This document shows positions 1-11,200 of a stretch of 64,000 bases of DNA, piece after piece (the stretch's first letter is position 1; the number at the start of each line of letters is the position of its first letter). The DNA is from Naegleria gruberi (taxonomy: Eukaryota), in NCBI GenBank assembly GCA_000004985.1, contig GG738917.1; one strand, 5' to 3'. The position numbers and the translations under genes were made by a program. A model generated the notes under the pieces. That model worked only from the letters and a program-made list of their open reading frames with translations, had not been told where the DNA came from and ran no database searches.

Positions 1-2558
1 GGTTGACTTGTATGCTCGAACTTCTTCCAAGAATGCTAAATTCTCTGCACTTTTTTCCTTCTCCAAGAAGATTCTAAATAATGAAAGGAGAGTTGGATTA
101 TTGAACATGTTTTCAAACTCTTCAATGTTTCTCGCCTCATCAACAGTTCTTCTTCTGGTTAGGGCAGTTCTAATATCCTTTTTTTGCTCCGTTATTTTCA
201 TGACTAGAACGTAGGTATCGACTGGTTTACCACAAGAATTTGAAACTTTTGACTTGGTAATGTTGATAGAGACTGGCACAGGTGTACTCAGTGAAGAGAG
301 CAAATTAGTCTCCCATCTTGTCTCAGAAATTAATAATTCATCAAATTTTTGTAGTAAATCCTTAAAGGGTAGCTTTTCTTGTAAGTATTGGACTATATTA
401 TAGATTTGAGAGGAATTCTTTGCTTTTCTGGCTATTTTAGACTCGAAGGAGGTATTGGCAGATATGATTGAACCGTCACAAGCGTCTATGAAAGCTACAA
501 GCTCTGGTACAGAATTCATTACGCTTCTATTCTTATGTTCCTCAATAGAAGCCCTTTCCAACAGCTTTTTGATTGATTTGTTGTCCTTTTCCAATTTCTT
601 TTGATTTAGATCCAATACATCGAGCATTCCATTAATGAAAAAGGTTAGCTCTCCAACTTCATCCTTATATTTCGATATTAGTCGTTTTGTAAAGTCAGAA
701 GTCTGAATAATTGATTTAACAAATTTTGATACTACCAAAATACGTCTAATTACAAACAGCTCTATAAAAAAGATCATTACTACTAATGATACAAATATAA
801 ATAACCACGATACAAAAATACCCAAAAAACAAGATTCCCAAATGATTACAACGTACTCTCTTACAACATCTGATCTTAGGACAACAGTATATTCCCCATA
901 AAAATCAGGAATCATATGATATGAAACAAGCCTCTTTCTTTTTGAAATTATGCTTGGAAGGTCTTTGTCTTGAGTGCAAACACGAAAATCAGTCTTGAGA
1001 TCATCGAGCAGAACTGTATTTGAATCCAAAGCGAAAACCTTGCTTTGACCATACTGATATCTAACCTCTATTTCATTCGATATTTGAAGAAATACATTTG
1101 AGGCATTTCCTTCAAATGATGTACCAAGTGATTTTCCTAAAAGAGACAACTCTGATTGATTTCTCAAATTGAATACAGTGATACACGAGGATGTAAAGGA
1201 AGAGATTGGTTCTAGTCTATCCAAAGTAATGTACCTTCCAAACATTAGTACATATGGCACACCAAATGTTTTCATAATGGAAATCATGAGAATGTGAGTG
1301 CTGTTAGTGTGAGGTTCAGCAGTCCCAAGAAATATTATTGGATTCTCAACATTAATGTATCCAGATTTGATAATTTCATCCTGTAGATTGTTCTTATTAA
1401 TATCCAAAGGTAAAGTCAAAACCTCTTTAGGAGGTTTTATAGGCTTTCCATTATGACATGCAGAAAGGTATGTTAATTCACTCGAATAATTGTAAATTCC
1501 AACAATATCAACTCCAACAATATCCAATCTTGGACAATTGAATAACTCTCCAAATATTGATATTGTTCCTCTTCAGTAGTGGTACTCTCTTTGAAATCTA
1601 TAGCTCTATTATGTCCATACTCGTATAACTTTGATTCTAATTTGTGCATCTTATTGAGAAATGTAACAGTTCCTGAAATACCCATCGATTGACCTTTTGT
1701 TGCCTCAACATTATCTGAGGCATATGCAGAGAAAATTGCAAGTAGTCCAAACAAGAAAATTGTCAGTAGTACCACAAAAACAAATAGACCACTCCAAACA
1801 CAAACTCTCAAATTCATAAACATATCCTTCCAAATGTTTTGTTGCTGTTTAATCCTCTCTTGATATTTGGCAATGAAAGCAGTGATAGAATACTGCTTAC
1901 TCACCTCATCAGAGCTTGGATTACTTCTCGGTGTCAATGTCGAAGGAGCAAACAAAGAAGGAGATGCTACCTTCTCAATCAAGAGAGGTCCCACAGAGAC
2001 TGGGGATTGTGGCGAACCCACTCTAAACATTATTTCTTGTTGTCCATTCATACTTTGATTATTATTACTATTATTATTGAATTTGTTAGTGTTGGGTGTT
2101 GTTGGTTCATCTCGACTGCTTTGAATAGTTAGAGGTGATGAAACATTTCTCCTCCTCGTGTAAACATCGACCATTCCTGATTGGATGGGTGTTGAAGAAG
2201 AAAGAGGTTCCACTGAAAAACCAAACATCAAGTCGCTTCCTGTGGGTGATGATGAAGTTAGAGGATTCTGTTGTTCCTCTTCTTGTTGTACTTCTATGAG
2301 AATGTTTGTTCTTCCATATGATGATGATGATAAGGATGAAACCAAATCTTGTTGTTGTTGTTGTTGAATAGCATGCAATATATTACAACTTGTGGGTGTT
2401 GATGTTGAACCCGAAGCACACTCCAATATTATATTATTAATATTAATTGTTGTAGCCTGAACATTGTCCATAATATTATCATCTCCACCAATGCTGCTAC
2501 CACAACCATCATCATCAACTCGACAACAACAATCTGTCTGCTTTCCTTGTTCAGACAT
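1..2558 (-). CDS. Receptor-type RGS-domain protein, partial (C-terminus runs past window start). The reading frame switches within 1476-1572, either a +/-1 frameshift or an unresolved junction.
   Basis: Track ORF 1473..2558(-) gives a Q/S/N-rich N-terminus and TM helix CVWSGLFVFVVLLTIFLFGLLAIF. My translation of the minus strand from 1572 down to 1 is stop-free in a second frame. It gives a ~300-aa presumably extracellular region, a second TM (LGIFVSWLFIFVSLVVMIFFIELFVI), a coiled-coil segment, then FENMFNNPTLLSLFRIFLEKEKSAENLAFLEEVRAYKST at coordinates ~120-1, a textbook start of an RGS domain. Both frames are open over 1476-1572, which holds an imperfect 15-nt tandem duplication (gatattgttggagttgatattgttggaa). 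No GT..AG intron reconciles the frames. Confidence 0.55.
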
Positions 2559-2953
2559 TTTGAATTGGTTGATATATTATAATTCATACGTTGTCGTCAG
2601 TAGCGGCAAATAACAAATACGTTGTATGATGCTGATGTCTCAATTATTACGAAGATAGAAGCATCGATTTCATCTCTCATCAGTATAGGGAAATGTGTGA
2701 TGATAGAAAATCTCTCGCTTGGATTTTAATATCTTAAGCTATAAAATAGTAGAGAAGGAGATGGAATAACATGACGATTTTATTTTTTTAATAATATTTT
2801 TTTAAACACTTTACAAAATCTTAAACCTTTAATATTAATGTTACTATTACATCTATTTTTATATAATATTACAAAAAAAAATTTCTCTTCGATATTACTT
2901 TCATCACGTTTTACTTGAACAAATAACAACAATATAATAATTAAAACAAAAAC

Positions 2954-4162
2954 ATGAATGTCAAACACAAGTATCCATGTACACATTGCAAATCGGAAGT
3001 TTATTTTCAACCATCGTCGACTATGGCATCCAATTCAGCAGCCCTCGATGATGGTTTTGTCTTTATTACATCAAATGATGGTGGTGGCGGACAAACACCA
3101 ACCAACAATACAACAAGCCTAAATATTGAATGTAATCATAGCGGAAAGATTGAACGGATTGAAGATATTGAATATCTAACGGAGGATATATTGAGTTCCA
3201 TCACTATAGGAGAGGATTTGAAAAAGAATACAAAATTATCAACGCTCATCAATGATCTGTATTTATGTAATACTTGTATGACTGATTTGTTTGGTGGACT
3301 TTCGGAGGAAATTGAACAATTAGAATTGGAATGTAAATTATATGATGAAAAATTGAAAAAATCGAAAAAGTTTGATACGAATGGAATGTACAAGAAATAC
3401 ATGAAGGAAATGGATGAATTGAGGAATGAAGAGTTGGTTCTCAGAGAGCAGGTTAATGTTATACAGAATGATAGGCATCGAATTGGAAGAAATATTACAA
3501 GTTTACAAACTGAATATAATACTCAACAGGAAAGCGAGAAGAATTATTGGAAAATTTATTTTCAATTCATTCATAATAATCAGTTCCTTGCAGAGGAAAA
3601 TCGTAGAAAGAGTCAATTGATAGATAAGGAGGATAAAATTAGAAGGAAATCACCTCTTGCTGGCATGTTTCATTTGTGGTATGAAGGATCGTATGGTACG
3701 ATCAATGGATTGAGAATGGGTCGTCTAAGACATGATCCTGTAAGTTGGGAGGAAATCAATGCTGCCTGGGGACTTGCAGTCTTGTTGTTAGATCTTACTG
3801 CCCAACAATTGAATAATTTCAAATTTACCAAATACAAACTGGTGCCAAAGGCCAGCTGTTCATCCATTAAGGAACTGGAGAGTGGAGACAAGTATGATTT
3901 ATTCTTCTCTTCCACTAGAAACATTCAATCATTCAATGAGGGAATGAAATGCTTCCTATTCTGCCTTGAAGAATTATGTCAACATATTGGTATTGTAGTG
4001 CCAGGTTCCTCAATTGGAACTAGATTGATAGTCAAGGCCGATGAGGGTAAGATTCAAGACTTGAGCATGCTGTACAGTGTCGAAAGAGAATACGAGTGGA
4101 CAAAGGCATTGAAGTATCTCATCATTAACCTCAAATTTGTACAAAAGAATGTAATCAAATAA
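2954..4162 (+). CDS. ATG6: Beclin-1 / Atg6 / Vps30 (autophagy and PI3K complex subunit)
   Basis: 402 aa, intronless. Coiled-coil central region, then the Beclin BARA signature FHLWYEGSYGTINGLRMGRLRHDPVSWEEINAAWGLAVLLLDL (compare Beclin [41 protein letters not shown]). Confidence 0.85.
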   Translation: MNVKHKYPCTHCKSEVYFQPSSTMASNSAALDDGFVFITSNDGGGGQTPTNNTTSLNIECNHSGKIERIEDIEYLTEDILSSITIGEDLKKNTKLSTLINDLYLCNTCMTDLFGGLSEEIEQLELECKLYDEKLKKSKKFDTNGMYKKYMKEMDELRNEELVLREQVNVIQNDRHRIGRNITSLQTEYNTQQESEKNYWKIYFQFIHNNQFLAEENRRKSQLIDKEDKIRRKSPLAGMFHLWYEGSYGTINGLRMGRLRHDPVSWEEINAAWGLAVLLLDLTAQQLNNFKFTKYKLVPKASCSSIKELESGDKYDLFFSSTRNIQSFNEGMKCFLFCLEELCQHIGIVVPGSSIGTRLIVKADEGKIQDLSMLYSVEREYEWTKALKYLIINLKFVQKNVIK

Positions 4163-4341
4163 TTGTTGATTTCATTATTTATTAATACTTCTATGACATG
4201 TGTTTAGTATATTCACATACCTTCTACAAATAGATGTTTCATGTAATATTTTCGAATTTGGATTAAAAGAGAAATTGGAAATAGAATGAATTAATTTTGG
4301 ACTTGTTATTTGCATATTTAGAAGTTTCTACTTTGGTATTT

Positions 4342-5067
4342 ATGTCATCATTCACCTGTTTTGCCTTGTTGAATAGATCTTTGAAAAAAAACTTCAACAT
4401 GCAACAACAACAGCAAACAACCAGCAGAAAATCAACAGTATCCTTCCAGGAAGAGAGCATCGAGTGCCAAGATACACCAGTGCTGGATAGACGAATGTCA
4501 TTATTGGCCAAGGCGAAACGAAGGGTTTCTCTCGTTTTGAAAAAGAAAAGTCCACAAAATGCAACACCCGATAATGATAATCACCAACAACAAGAAAAGA
4601 TAACACCACGAAGTGATTCGAATAGTACTGGGAATTTTGACGCAGATTCATTCTATTCGAATGCTGGTTCGACAACTTCATCTTCTACACTTTCGAATAG
4701 TTTTTCATCACCAAGAAATGAACGACCAAGGTTCAGTTTTGCTTCCCTCTTTCCTACATTTACGTGTCCATCAGGAAACACCAAAAAACTGGAAGTTTCA
4801 GCAGATTTCGACAAGATGAAACACGAACGAATGCTACGAGTGAAATACTATGAAGATCAATTGGAATTTAAGAAAGTCAAAAGTATAACCAACACGAGCA
4901 GAGACAATTTCAAAAACAAATTGAAATCTAGAAAGAGTTTCCACACTTCAACAATTTTGAATCAACCCAAGCAAGAAACCATATCAACAAACGAAACTAA
5001 TATTACAACACTAATTCATAGAAATTCGAAAAAGTGGAATTGGACCTTTTACGAAATAATTCAATAA
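4342..5067 (+). CDS. Hypothetical Ser/Thr/Lys-rich low-complexity protein
   Basis: Track ORF 4297..5067 starts on TTG; first in-frame ATGs are at 4342 and 4399 (MQQQQQ...). No recognisable domain; coding potential judged only from ORF length. Confidence 0.3.
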   Translation: MSSFTCFALLNRSLKKNFNMQQQQQTTSRKSTVSFQEESIECQDTPVLDRRMSLLAKAKRRVSLVLKKKSPQNATPDNDNHQQQEKITPRSDSNSTGNFDADSFYSNAGSTTSSSTLSNSFSSPRNERPRFSFASLFPTFTCPSGNTKKLEVSADFDKMKHERMLRVKYYEDQLEFKKVKSITNTSRDNFKNKLKSRKSFHTSTILNQPKQETISTNETNITTLIHRNSKKWNWTFYEIIQ

Positions 5068-5290
5068 AAATTGCAAACCAATTCCAACCTTGATATCATC
5101 GTGGGAGATTTTCTCTAAAACAAAGCAAATTGAGATGAAGTAGTTGATGGTTCCAATAATGAAATTTCAATTTGATTAATGCTTGTTTCATCAGCCTTTT
5201 CATTATTTAAAAATATTTGTAAACCAAATTGTAAAAATTGAAGCGATCAGATCGTGAACTTGCATTAGAATTGTAATGAAGCAACAACAA

Positions 5291-5386
5291 CCCAGTGTGG
5301 TCTAATGTTAAGATAGATGACTTTGTGATGAGGTATAATCTACCTTGTTAAATTCATCAGATCCAGGTGCAAGTCCTGGCATTGGG
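5291..5386 (+). tRNA. tRNA-like element: possible intron-containing tRNA (anticodon region CTTTG, Gln-UUG-like) or a degenerate tRNA pseudogene
   Basis: Acceptor-like stem CCCAGTG/CATTGGG (all pairs, one G.U). D-arm-like GTCT-AATGTTA-AGAT lacking the GG dinucleotide. Stem GATGA...TCATC encloses 33 nt (room for anticodon loop plus ~26-nt intron). T-arm-like CCAGG-TGCAAGT-CCTGG, but the T-loop is TGC, not TTC. Confidence 0.3.
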
Positions 5387-5590
5387 TATTTTTGTTTAAT
5401 TATTAAAGCGTGACTAAAACAGGACTAAATACTCTAGATCTTTTATTTGTTGCACAAAAGTTGTAAATCAAGCAGCGGAATTTGTTTGAAAATTTGCTGA
5501 ACCAAGTTTTTTGTTTTGCTTTTCTATTTCAAGGTAATCATCCACCATTCGTTTAAAAATAGAAAAACAAAAAGAAAATAACAAAACAAC

Positions 5591-6391
5591 ATGTTGAGCT
5601 TAATTTCCCACAAAAGAAAAGTTTCTCTCTGCCCAGATGAAGTCAATCAAGTTTTGGAATTTGCCAATCTCACCGATTTAAAAACTAATTTGAAACTGTC
5701 TCAAGTCAACCGTGAATTTCAAGCTCTCACTTCCTCTGATGAATATTGGAAGGTAATCTATTCTAAAGATAAATCACTCAAATATGAACGAAACATTCCT
5801 CAACACAATTACAAGGAAAATTATCTTTCCTTAAAGAGTGAACAATATCTCAGAAAGAAAAAATACGAATACGAAAAGAAATCAGAAAGGAGAACACGAA
5901 ATGCGTGTTGCACCTATTGTTTTCTAACAATTTTATTGTTATTCACAATTGGTATTTTTGGAATTGTATATGGTGGTCTTGGATTTACAAATGAGGTAAA
6001 ATGTGGAAGAATATTGCTAAAAACGGAAAGAATAGAAATAGTTCATCCTTGTTTTCCAAGCACTCCTAATTGTACCCAATCCATTACCTTCTTATTGAGA
6101 TACACCTTACTAGATTATGTTATCTCACACTCAAATGAGCTACTTTACAACTCAACTCAAGTCTACGAATGTCAAGAATCAAAATGCCATCCGGAAGAGC
6201 ACATAATCCCTGCACACCCCTGTCTTTTTGATCCAGTCACCAAAACTCAGACATATTTCTCTTCGTTAAGTGCTTTAGTTTGGATTCTTTTTGGTATTTT
6301 CCTTGTAGGTGGCAGTTGTCTTTGTTGTAAATCTTTTGGAGAACTATTCTTGGGTATAGATTTTTCAAACGAACCTTGCATGAAGGTGTAA
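5591..6391 (+). CDS. Hypothetical membrane protein with N-terminal F-box-like motif
   Basis: 266 aa from ATG 5591. N-terminal LCPDEVNQVLEFANLTDLKTNLKLSQVNREFQALTSSDEYWKVIY resembles an F-box. Two hydrophobic helices (CCTYCFLTILLLFTIGIFGIVYGG; LSALVWILFGIFLVGGSCLCC). Confidence 0.4.
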   Translation: MLSLISHKRKVSLCPDEVNQVLEFANLTDLKTNLKLSQVNREFQALTSSDEYWKVIYSKDKSLKYERNIPQHNYKENYLSLKSEQYLRKKKYEYEKKSERRTRNACCTYCFLTILLLFTIGIFGIVYGGLGFTNEVKCGRILLKTERIEIVHPCFPSTPNCTQSITFLLRYTLLDYVISHSNELLYNSTQVYECQESKCHPEEHIIPAHPCLFDPVTKTQTYFSSLSALVWILFGIFLVGGSCLCCKSFGELFLGIDFSNEPCMKV

Positions 6392-6464
6392 TATAAGTAT
6401 ATTTGATATAGACCTTTCTTTTTAATGTTTTCTATGTGTGAGGAATTATCATAATTATGGAGAG

Positions 6465-7568
6465 CTATCTCATACCATCATTTTCAGCTTCACAATGGAA
6501 CATAAATTTGTCCAATAGATTTCCTTCTTTTTCATCAATTGACTTTCCCTCATAGTATGGATCTTCACTATATGAGTGTTCATAAGAAATGCTATTCAGT
6601 TTTTTCAAATATGGTGAATTGACAATATATTGGACACAATCATTTCCAGAGTTTGTTCGAGTAATGTCTAATCGTGTTAAATTTTTCATATTTGGGCTCT
6701 GAGCCAGATACTTTACGCCTTCGTCGCCAATGTCTGTATATTCAAATTCCAATTCTTCAATACTGGCTGCATTCTCACTTGAACACATAATTCTAACTCC
6801 TTCAGCATCAAAACTACATCTATCCAAAATAAGTCTCTTGAGCTTTTTTAAATATGGACTTGATGCAAAATATTTCATTCCTTCATTTCCAATACTTGTC
6901 ATTCCAATATCTAGATCTGTAAGATTTGAAAAATTGGGACTTTCACACATTAATTTGAATCCTTCATCACCACCCAAATCTGTCATTTCAAGTTTGACCA
7001 GTTTTGAAAATTTGGGATGACTTGATAATATTTTGATACCTTCAATTGTGAAACCATTCCAATAGGATATCAAAGTATTCAACTTATTGAAATTATTGCT
7101 TTCTGCTATAATTTTCAAACCTTCATCATCTGTCCTAAATCTATACAAATCCAACCATTGTATATTCTTTGAAATGTCCGAATTTGCAACCAATTGCAAC
7201 ATTTCACAACTTGTTTTAACATTGCTTTCATAACTTGTAATTGCAAGTGTTTTTAGCTTTTTAAAAGATCCACAATTGACCAATATTTCAACATGATTTC
7301 TTGATGGCTTGAACAATGTCAACCCCGTTGTAAACTGACTCACCAAACTATTACAATATTCTTCAAAATTATTTTCATAATCAAGATTATAAAAACTCTG
7401 CGACTGGTCAATAAAATTATCAAATTCCAAAGCAATCCGAAACCATCTCTTGCAAGTGGGCATAATTTCCGAAATTAATTGCGACAAGGAACAAAATTGG
7501 AAAATATTTGTGAGCATGTCATCATGATCAAGAGTGTGAAAAAGTGCTGCTGTTTCTTCTTGCGACAT
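6465..7568 (-). CDS. F-box / leucine-rich-repeat (RNI-like) protein
   Basis: Track ORF 6465..7724 starts on TTG. First ATG (MSQEETAALFHTLDHDDMLTNIFQFCSLSQL, F-box-like) is at 7568, preceded by an A-run. Body is repeated ~28-aa LRR units of ribonuclease-inhibitor type (LTDLDIGMTSIGNEGMKYFASSPYLKKLKRLILDRCSF...). Confidence 0.7.
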   Translation of the reverse strand: MSQEETAALFHTLDHDDMLTNIFQFCSLSQLISEIMPTCKRWFRIALEFDNFIDQSQSFYNLDYENNFEEYCNSLVSQFTTGLTLFKPSRNHVEILVNCGSFKKLKTLAITSYESNVKTSCEMLQLVANSDISKNIQWLDLYRFRTDDEGLKIIAESNNFNKLNTLISYWNGFTIEGIKILSSHPKFSKLVKLEMTDLGGDEGFKLMCESPNFSNLTDLDIGMTSIGNEGMKYFASSPYLKKLKRLILDRCSFDAEGVRIMCSSENAASIEELEFEYTDIGDEGVKYLAQSPNMKNLTRLDITRTNSGNDCVQYIVNSPYLKKLNSISYEHSYSEDPYYEGKSIDEKEGNLLDKFMFHCEAENDGMR

Positions 7569-8219
7569 TTTTTTTTTAAAAGTTTTATTTACAATAAATT
7601 GGCTTTGGATCCATAGCCACGTGTCTACACGATGTTTATGGTGCACATTATGTTTCTTGGTTACTTTTATGGATGATAACCTACCATGATTACCAGATCC
7701 ATAAATATCTTCAAAATTTGTCAATTAAATTGTTGTTGCTCATATAAAACAAATTCGAAACAATAATCAAGGCAAATATTCCTAAAGCAAGTTTAGAATT
7801 CTCCTTACTGACTGGTCCATGAAAATCATGTTCGATTTTGAAATTTCATTTACGAATTATCAACTAGATAATTTGAGGTCAACTGGTTGGAAATCAGAAC
7901 AGTATATTGAAAACAACTAACGAAAATACTCATGCTAAATGACATTTTATTGTTGTATTCAAAAGATATATGAGTTTCTTCTATCGCATACTATCACGGA
8001 ATAGTTATACTTTTAGAGTTGGTTTCTTCTTGAGTCCAATAATTAGGATAGTTATCCATTACCTTTTACAAAACCTTAATAAAATGAACGTTCACAATTG
8101 TAAAGCGGATTAATTGTCACTTGCGGAGTATGAAAAATGTTTGCGCAAAAGTGAATCATTCAAAAAGTCACAAATCAACTCAACCAGACGTTTTTACTTT
8201 TCACATTCAAAAACAAAAA

Positions 8220-11200
8220 ATGCGACGAGAGGACTGGTTGGTCCAAGCAACATGCGTTTTGTTCCAATTGTTGGCTACAGTACTATTGTGTAGTACTACT
8301 AACGGCCAAACAATCCAAGACGATCTCTATATTGTCCCAATTGCAAAAATCAATGTTCCAGAATATGGATCAGTATCATTCTATCCACAAGTCTACTACT
8401 TTAATTCAAGCTATTCTTCAAGTTCATTGCAAGTCTCTTACTCGATGGCAGATGGCTCAGCATTGAAAAGTGGCATGACAGTTTTGAATGGTGTATTGAA
8501 CTTTTATTCAAATCCTGCACATGTTGGTCAACTCAGTGTGTTGAGAAATGTATCTTATTATAATAGTGAAAACAAGTTTATTACAATTTCACATGTGACC
8601 ATATTTCAAGTCATTCCAACACCAACACCAAATCAATTATCCTTACTATTTTCAGATGATTTTTTAGGTGGTGATTTATCTAAATGGTATTTATTAGATG
8701 GCACTATGAAACTACAATCAGCTCAACTAAATATTTATCAAAACAATACGAAACTTGTGACTGTTAACAGTTTTGATTTAACTAATCAATTGGGTGTAAC
8801 CTTTACATTCAATTTATTGACCACATGGACAGCTTCTAGAGGAATTCTTATTTATGTGGACAAGTTGAATTATTATGAAATTAACTTGTCAGGTTCTTCT
8901 TTTACTATTACTCGTTGTGTGAATGGAAACCCAACAGTGATATTGCAAAGCACCAAGCTATTACAAGTTCATGCTGCAAATTATTATTCAAGTTATAAGG
9001 TTTATTTACAATATACCAAAGAAGGAATGATAATTACTATTGCTAAAATTGGAATATTGGCAAGTGATTATGTTCTAAATGTAGTTGATAGTTTTACTAA
9101 TATTGATGTATTCAAAAGTGTTAAATTGGGTTTTTATGAAAAAACTGTCGACTCTCCATCTCAATCAAATTTCAAAGTGTTACAATGTAAAGTTTACAAT
9201 GGAAAATTAATGCATTCCAGACAAGGTGTAACTTATCACGTTGATGGTAAAAATGGTAATGATTTGAATGATGGTCTTTCTAGTTCAAGTGCCTTCAAAA
9301 CATTGAATACAGCTCAATACCAATTATTACCTGATGACACTCTATTAATTCATGATTCAATCTATAGAGAAAGCTTTCAAATTAATAGACAAGCATCCGT
9401 TGACCATCCAATTACTATCAAAGCATTTAATCAACCAACCACAACATCCACTTTTACAACAACACCTTACACTCACACAGCTATTCTTGACGGATCGCTT
9501 GTTTTGGATAATTCTAAATTTAAAAAAATTACCAATTCAAACATTTATCAAATTGCACTGAAATTTACACCAGATGTTGTCTATCAAGATAATGTTAAAA
9601 TGAGCTTGGCAATGAAACCACTTCCAAGTAATTTACAAGATGAATATTTTGTTGACAATTACATTCATCCTAAAAACAATTCAATTCAATCATCATCTGA
9701 TAATTCAATGATTTATTTACAATTGGATGACATGTTCAAATATGATCAATTTGGTAGCCAGGCTCCAGATGATTTCTGGGTTGGTGCCATCTTTTATCAA
9801 TTTTACAAGGCAGGTGTCTATGTTATAACACGTAAAATAGTATCATATAATGCTACTACTAATACCATTGGATTGCTTTATAATGACTTGCCTGTTGTAA
9901 CAAGTGATTCGTATGCTATTGCTAATCATATCGGTTGCTTTTCACAAGCTGGCCAATACGTTGTGAATACGAACTTTATTTCAGTTTCATTAAGTACTGA
10001 CCCTACCGTATCTCAAACAATCCTGGAGGTTTCTGCACTGGACAATGGTGCTAAAATTGTTAATGGAATGGAGGGAATTAACCTTCAAGGTTTAATGGTT
10101 AGAAAATATCTAAGTGATGGAATTGTGTGTTCTGGTGGTTGCACAAATTTGGTAATCAGTAATTGCTCTGCCAAATATAATGGTGGATCTGGTATTAGTT
10201 TAAGTTATTCCTCAAATCTACTAGTTGATGGTGGTGAAATGTCACAAAATTTCAACAATGGAGTTAATTTTGGAGGTGCTGTAAAAGATTCCACAGTACA
10301 AAATACCTATACTCACAGAAATATTAATAATGGTATTTGGGTTGGTAATGCAGGAACACCTCTATTCTATTGTGTGAATATTCTATTGAAATCTAATAAG
10401 GTTGGTCCTCAAAATAGTGAAAGACTTCATCCAGATAACATTCAATTGGCCAGTGCTGATAATATTACACTCGAATCGAATATATTAACACAAGATGGTG
10501 ATCAAAATATGTGGATGGATAAGAATGGTCTTGTAATATTTAAGAGAAATATTATCATTGGTGGACCACTTGGTGTTAATAATGCACAGAGTGTTGTAAT
10601 GTTCAACAATGTGTTCTATAATTCTTATTTGAGATTTGCTGTTGCACCAGTTGGTCCATTTGTTGGACTTGATAATATTGCTGATTGGTCTGACATGTTC
10701 AATAGTATTACAGATACCAATTCACAATCTATTGCAAATATTCTTGTATGGTCAAGTATGAATTCACAATTATCGTCTACTATCAAATCCTATTCATCTT
10801 ACAAATCATTAACAACTGCAGATAAGACTGCTATTATTGATCAAATTAACAGTGTTATCAATAATACTTCTTTTATGGCACAATTTAAGGATGTAGTAAT
10901 CCCTTTTTTAGGAAAAGAGCATGTTGTGGCCTATCCATACTGGAATGCTATGACTAAACGAGGATTGATGGATAAATCAACTGGTAAACTCACAAACAGC
11001 AATAATGAAACAATTTACGAAGCTAAAGGTTTAACACGTGCTATTTTGGATGAAGTTTTTGATGGAATTATTTACAAAGGTCCAATTACCTTCTATCCAA
11101 GAATTGTTTCCATTAAGAATAATGCTTTCATTGAATCATTTTTACAATTACCTTCCACAACATACAGCTTACTACCATATTGGGAATCCAATTTCAATTA

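Noticed and set aside
8-214. Track ORF 8..214 (+), 68 aa.
   Set aside because: Lies antisense to the clearly homologous RGS-domain coding sequence on the minus strand; no support.
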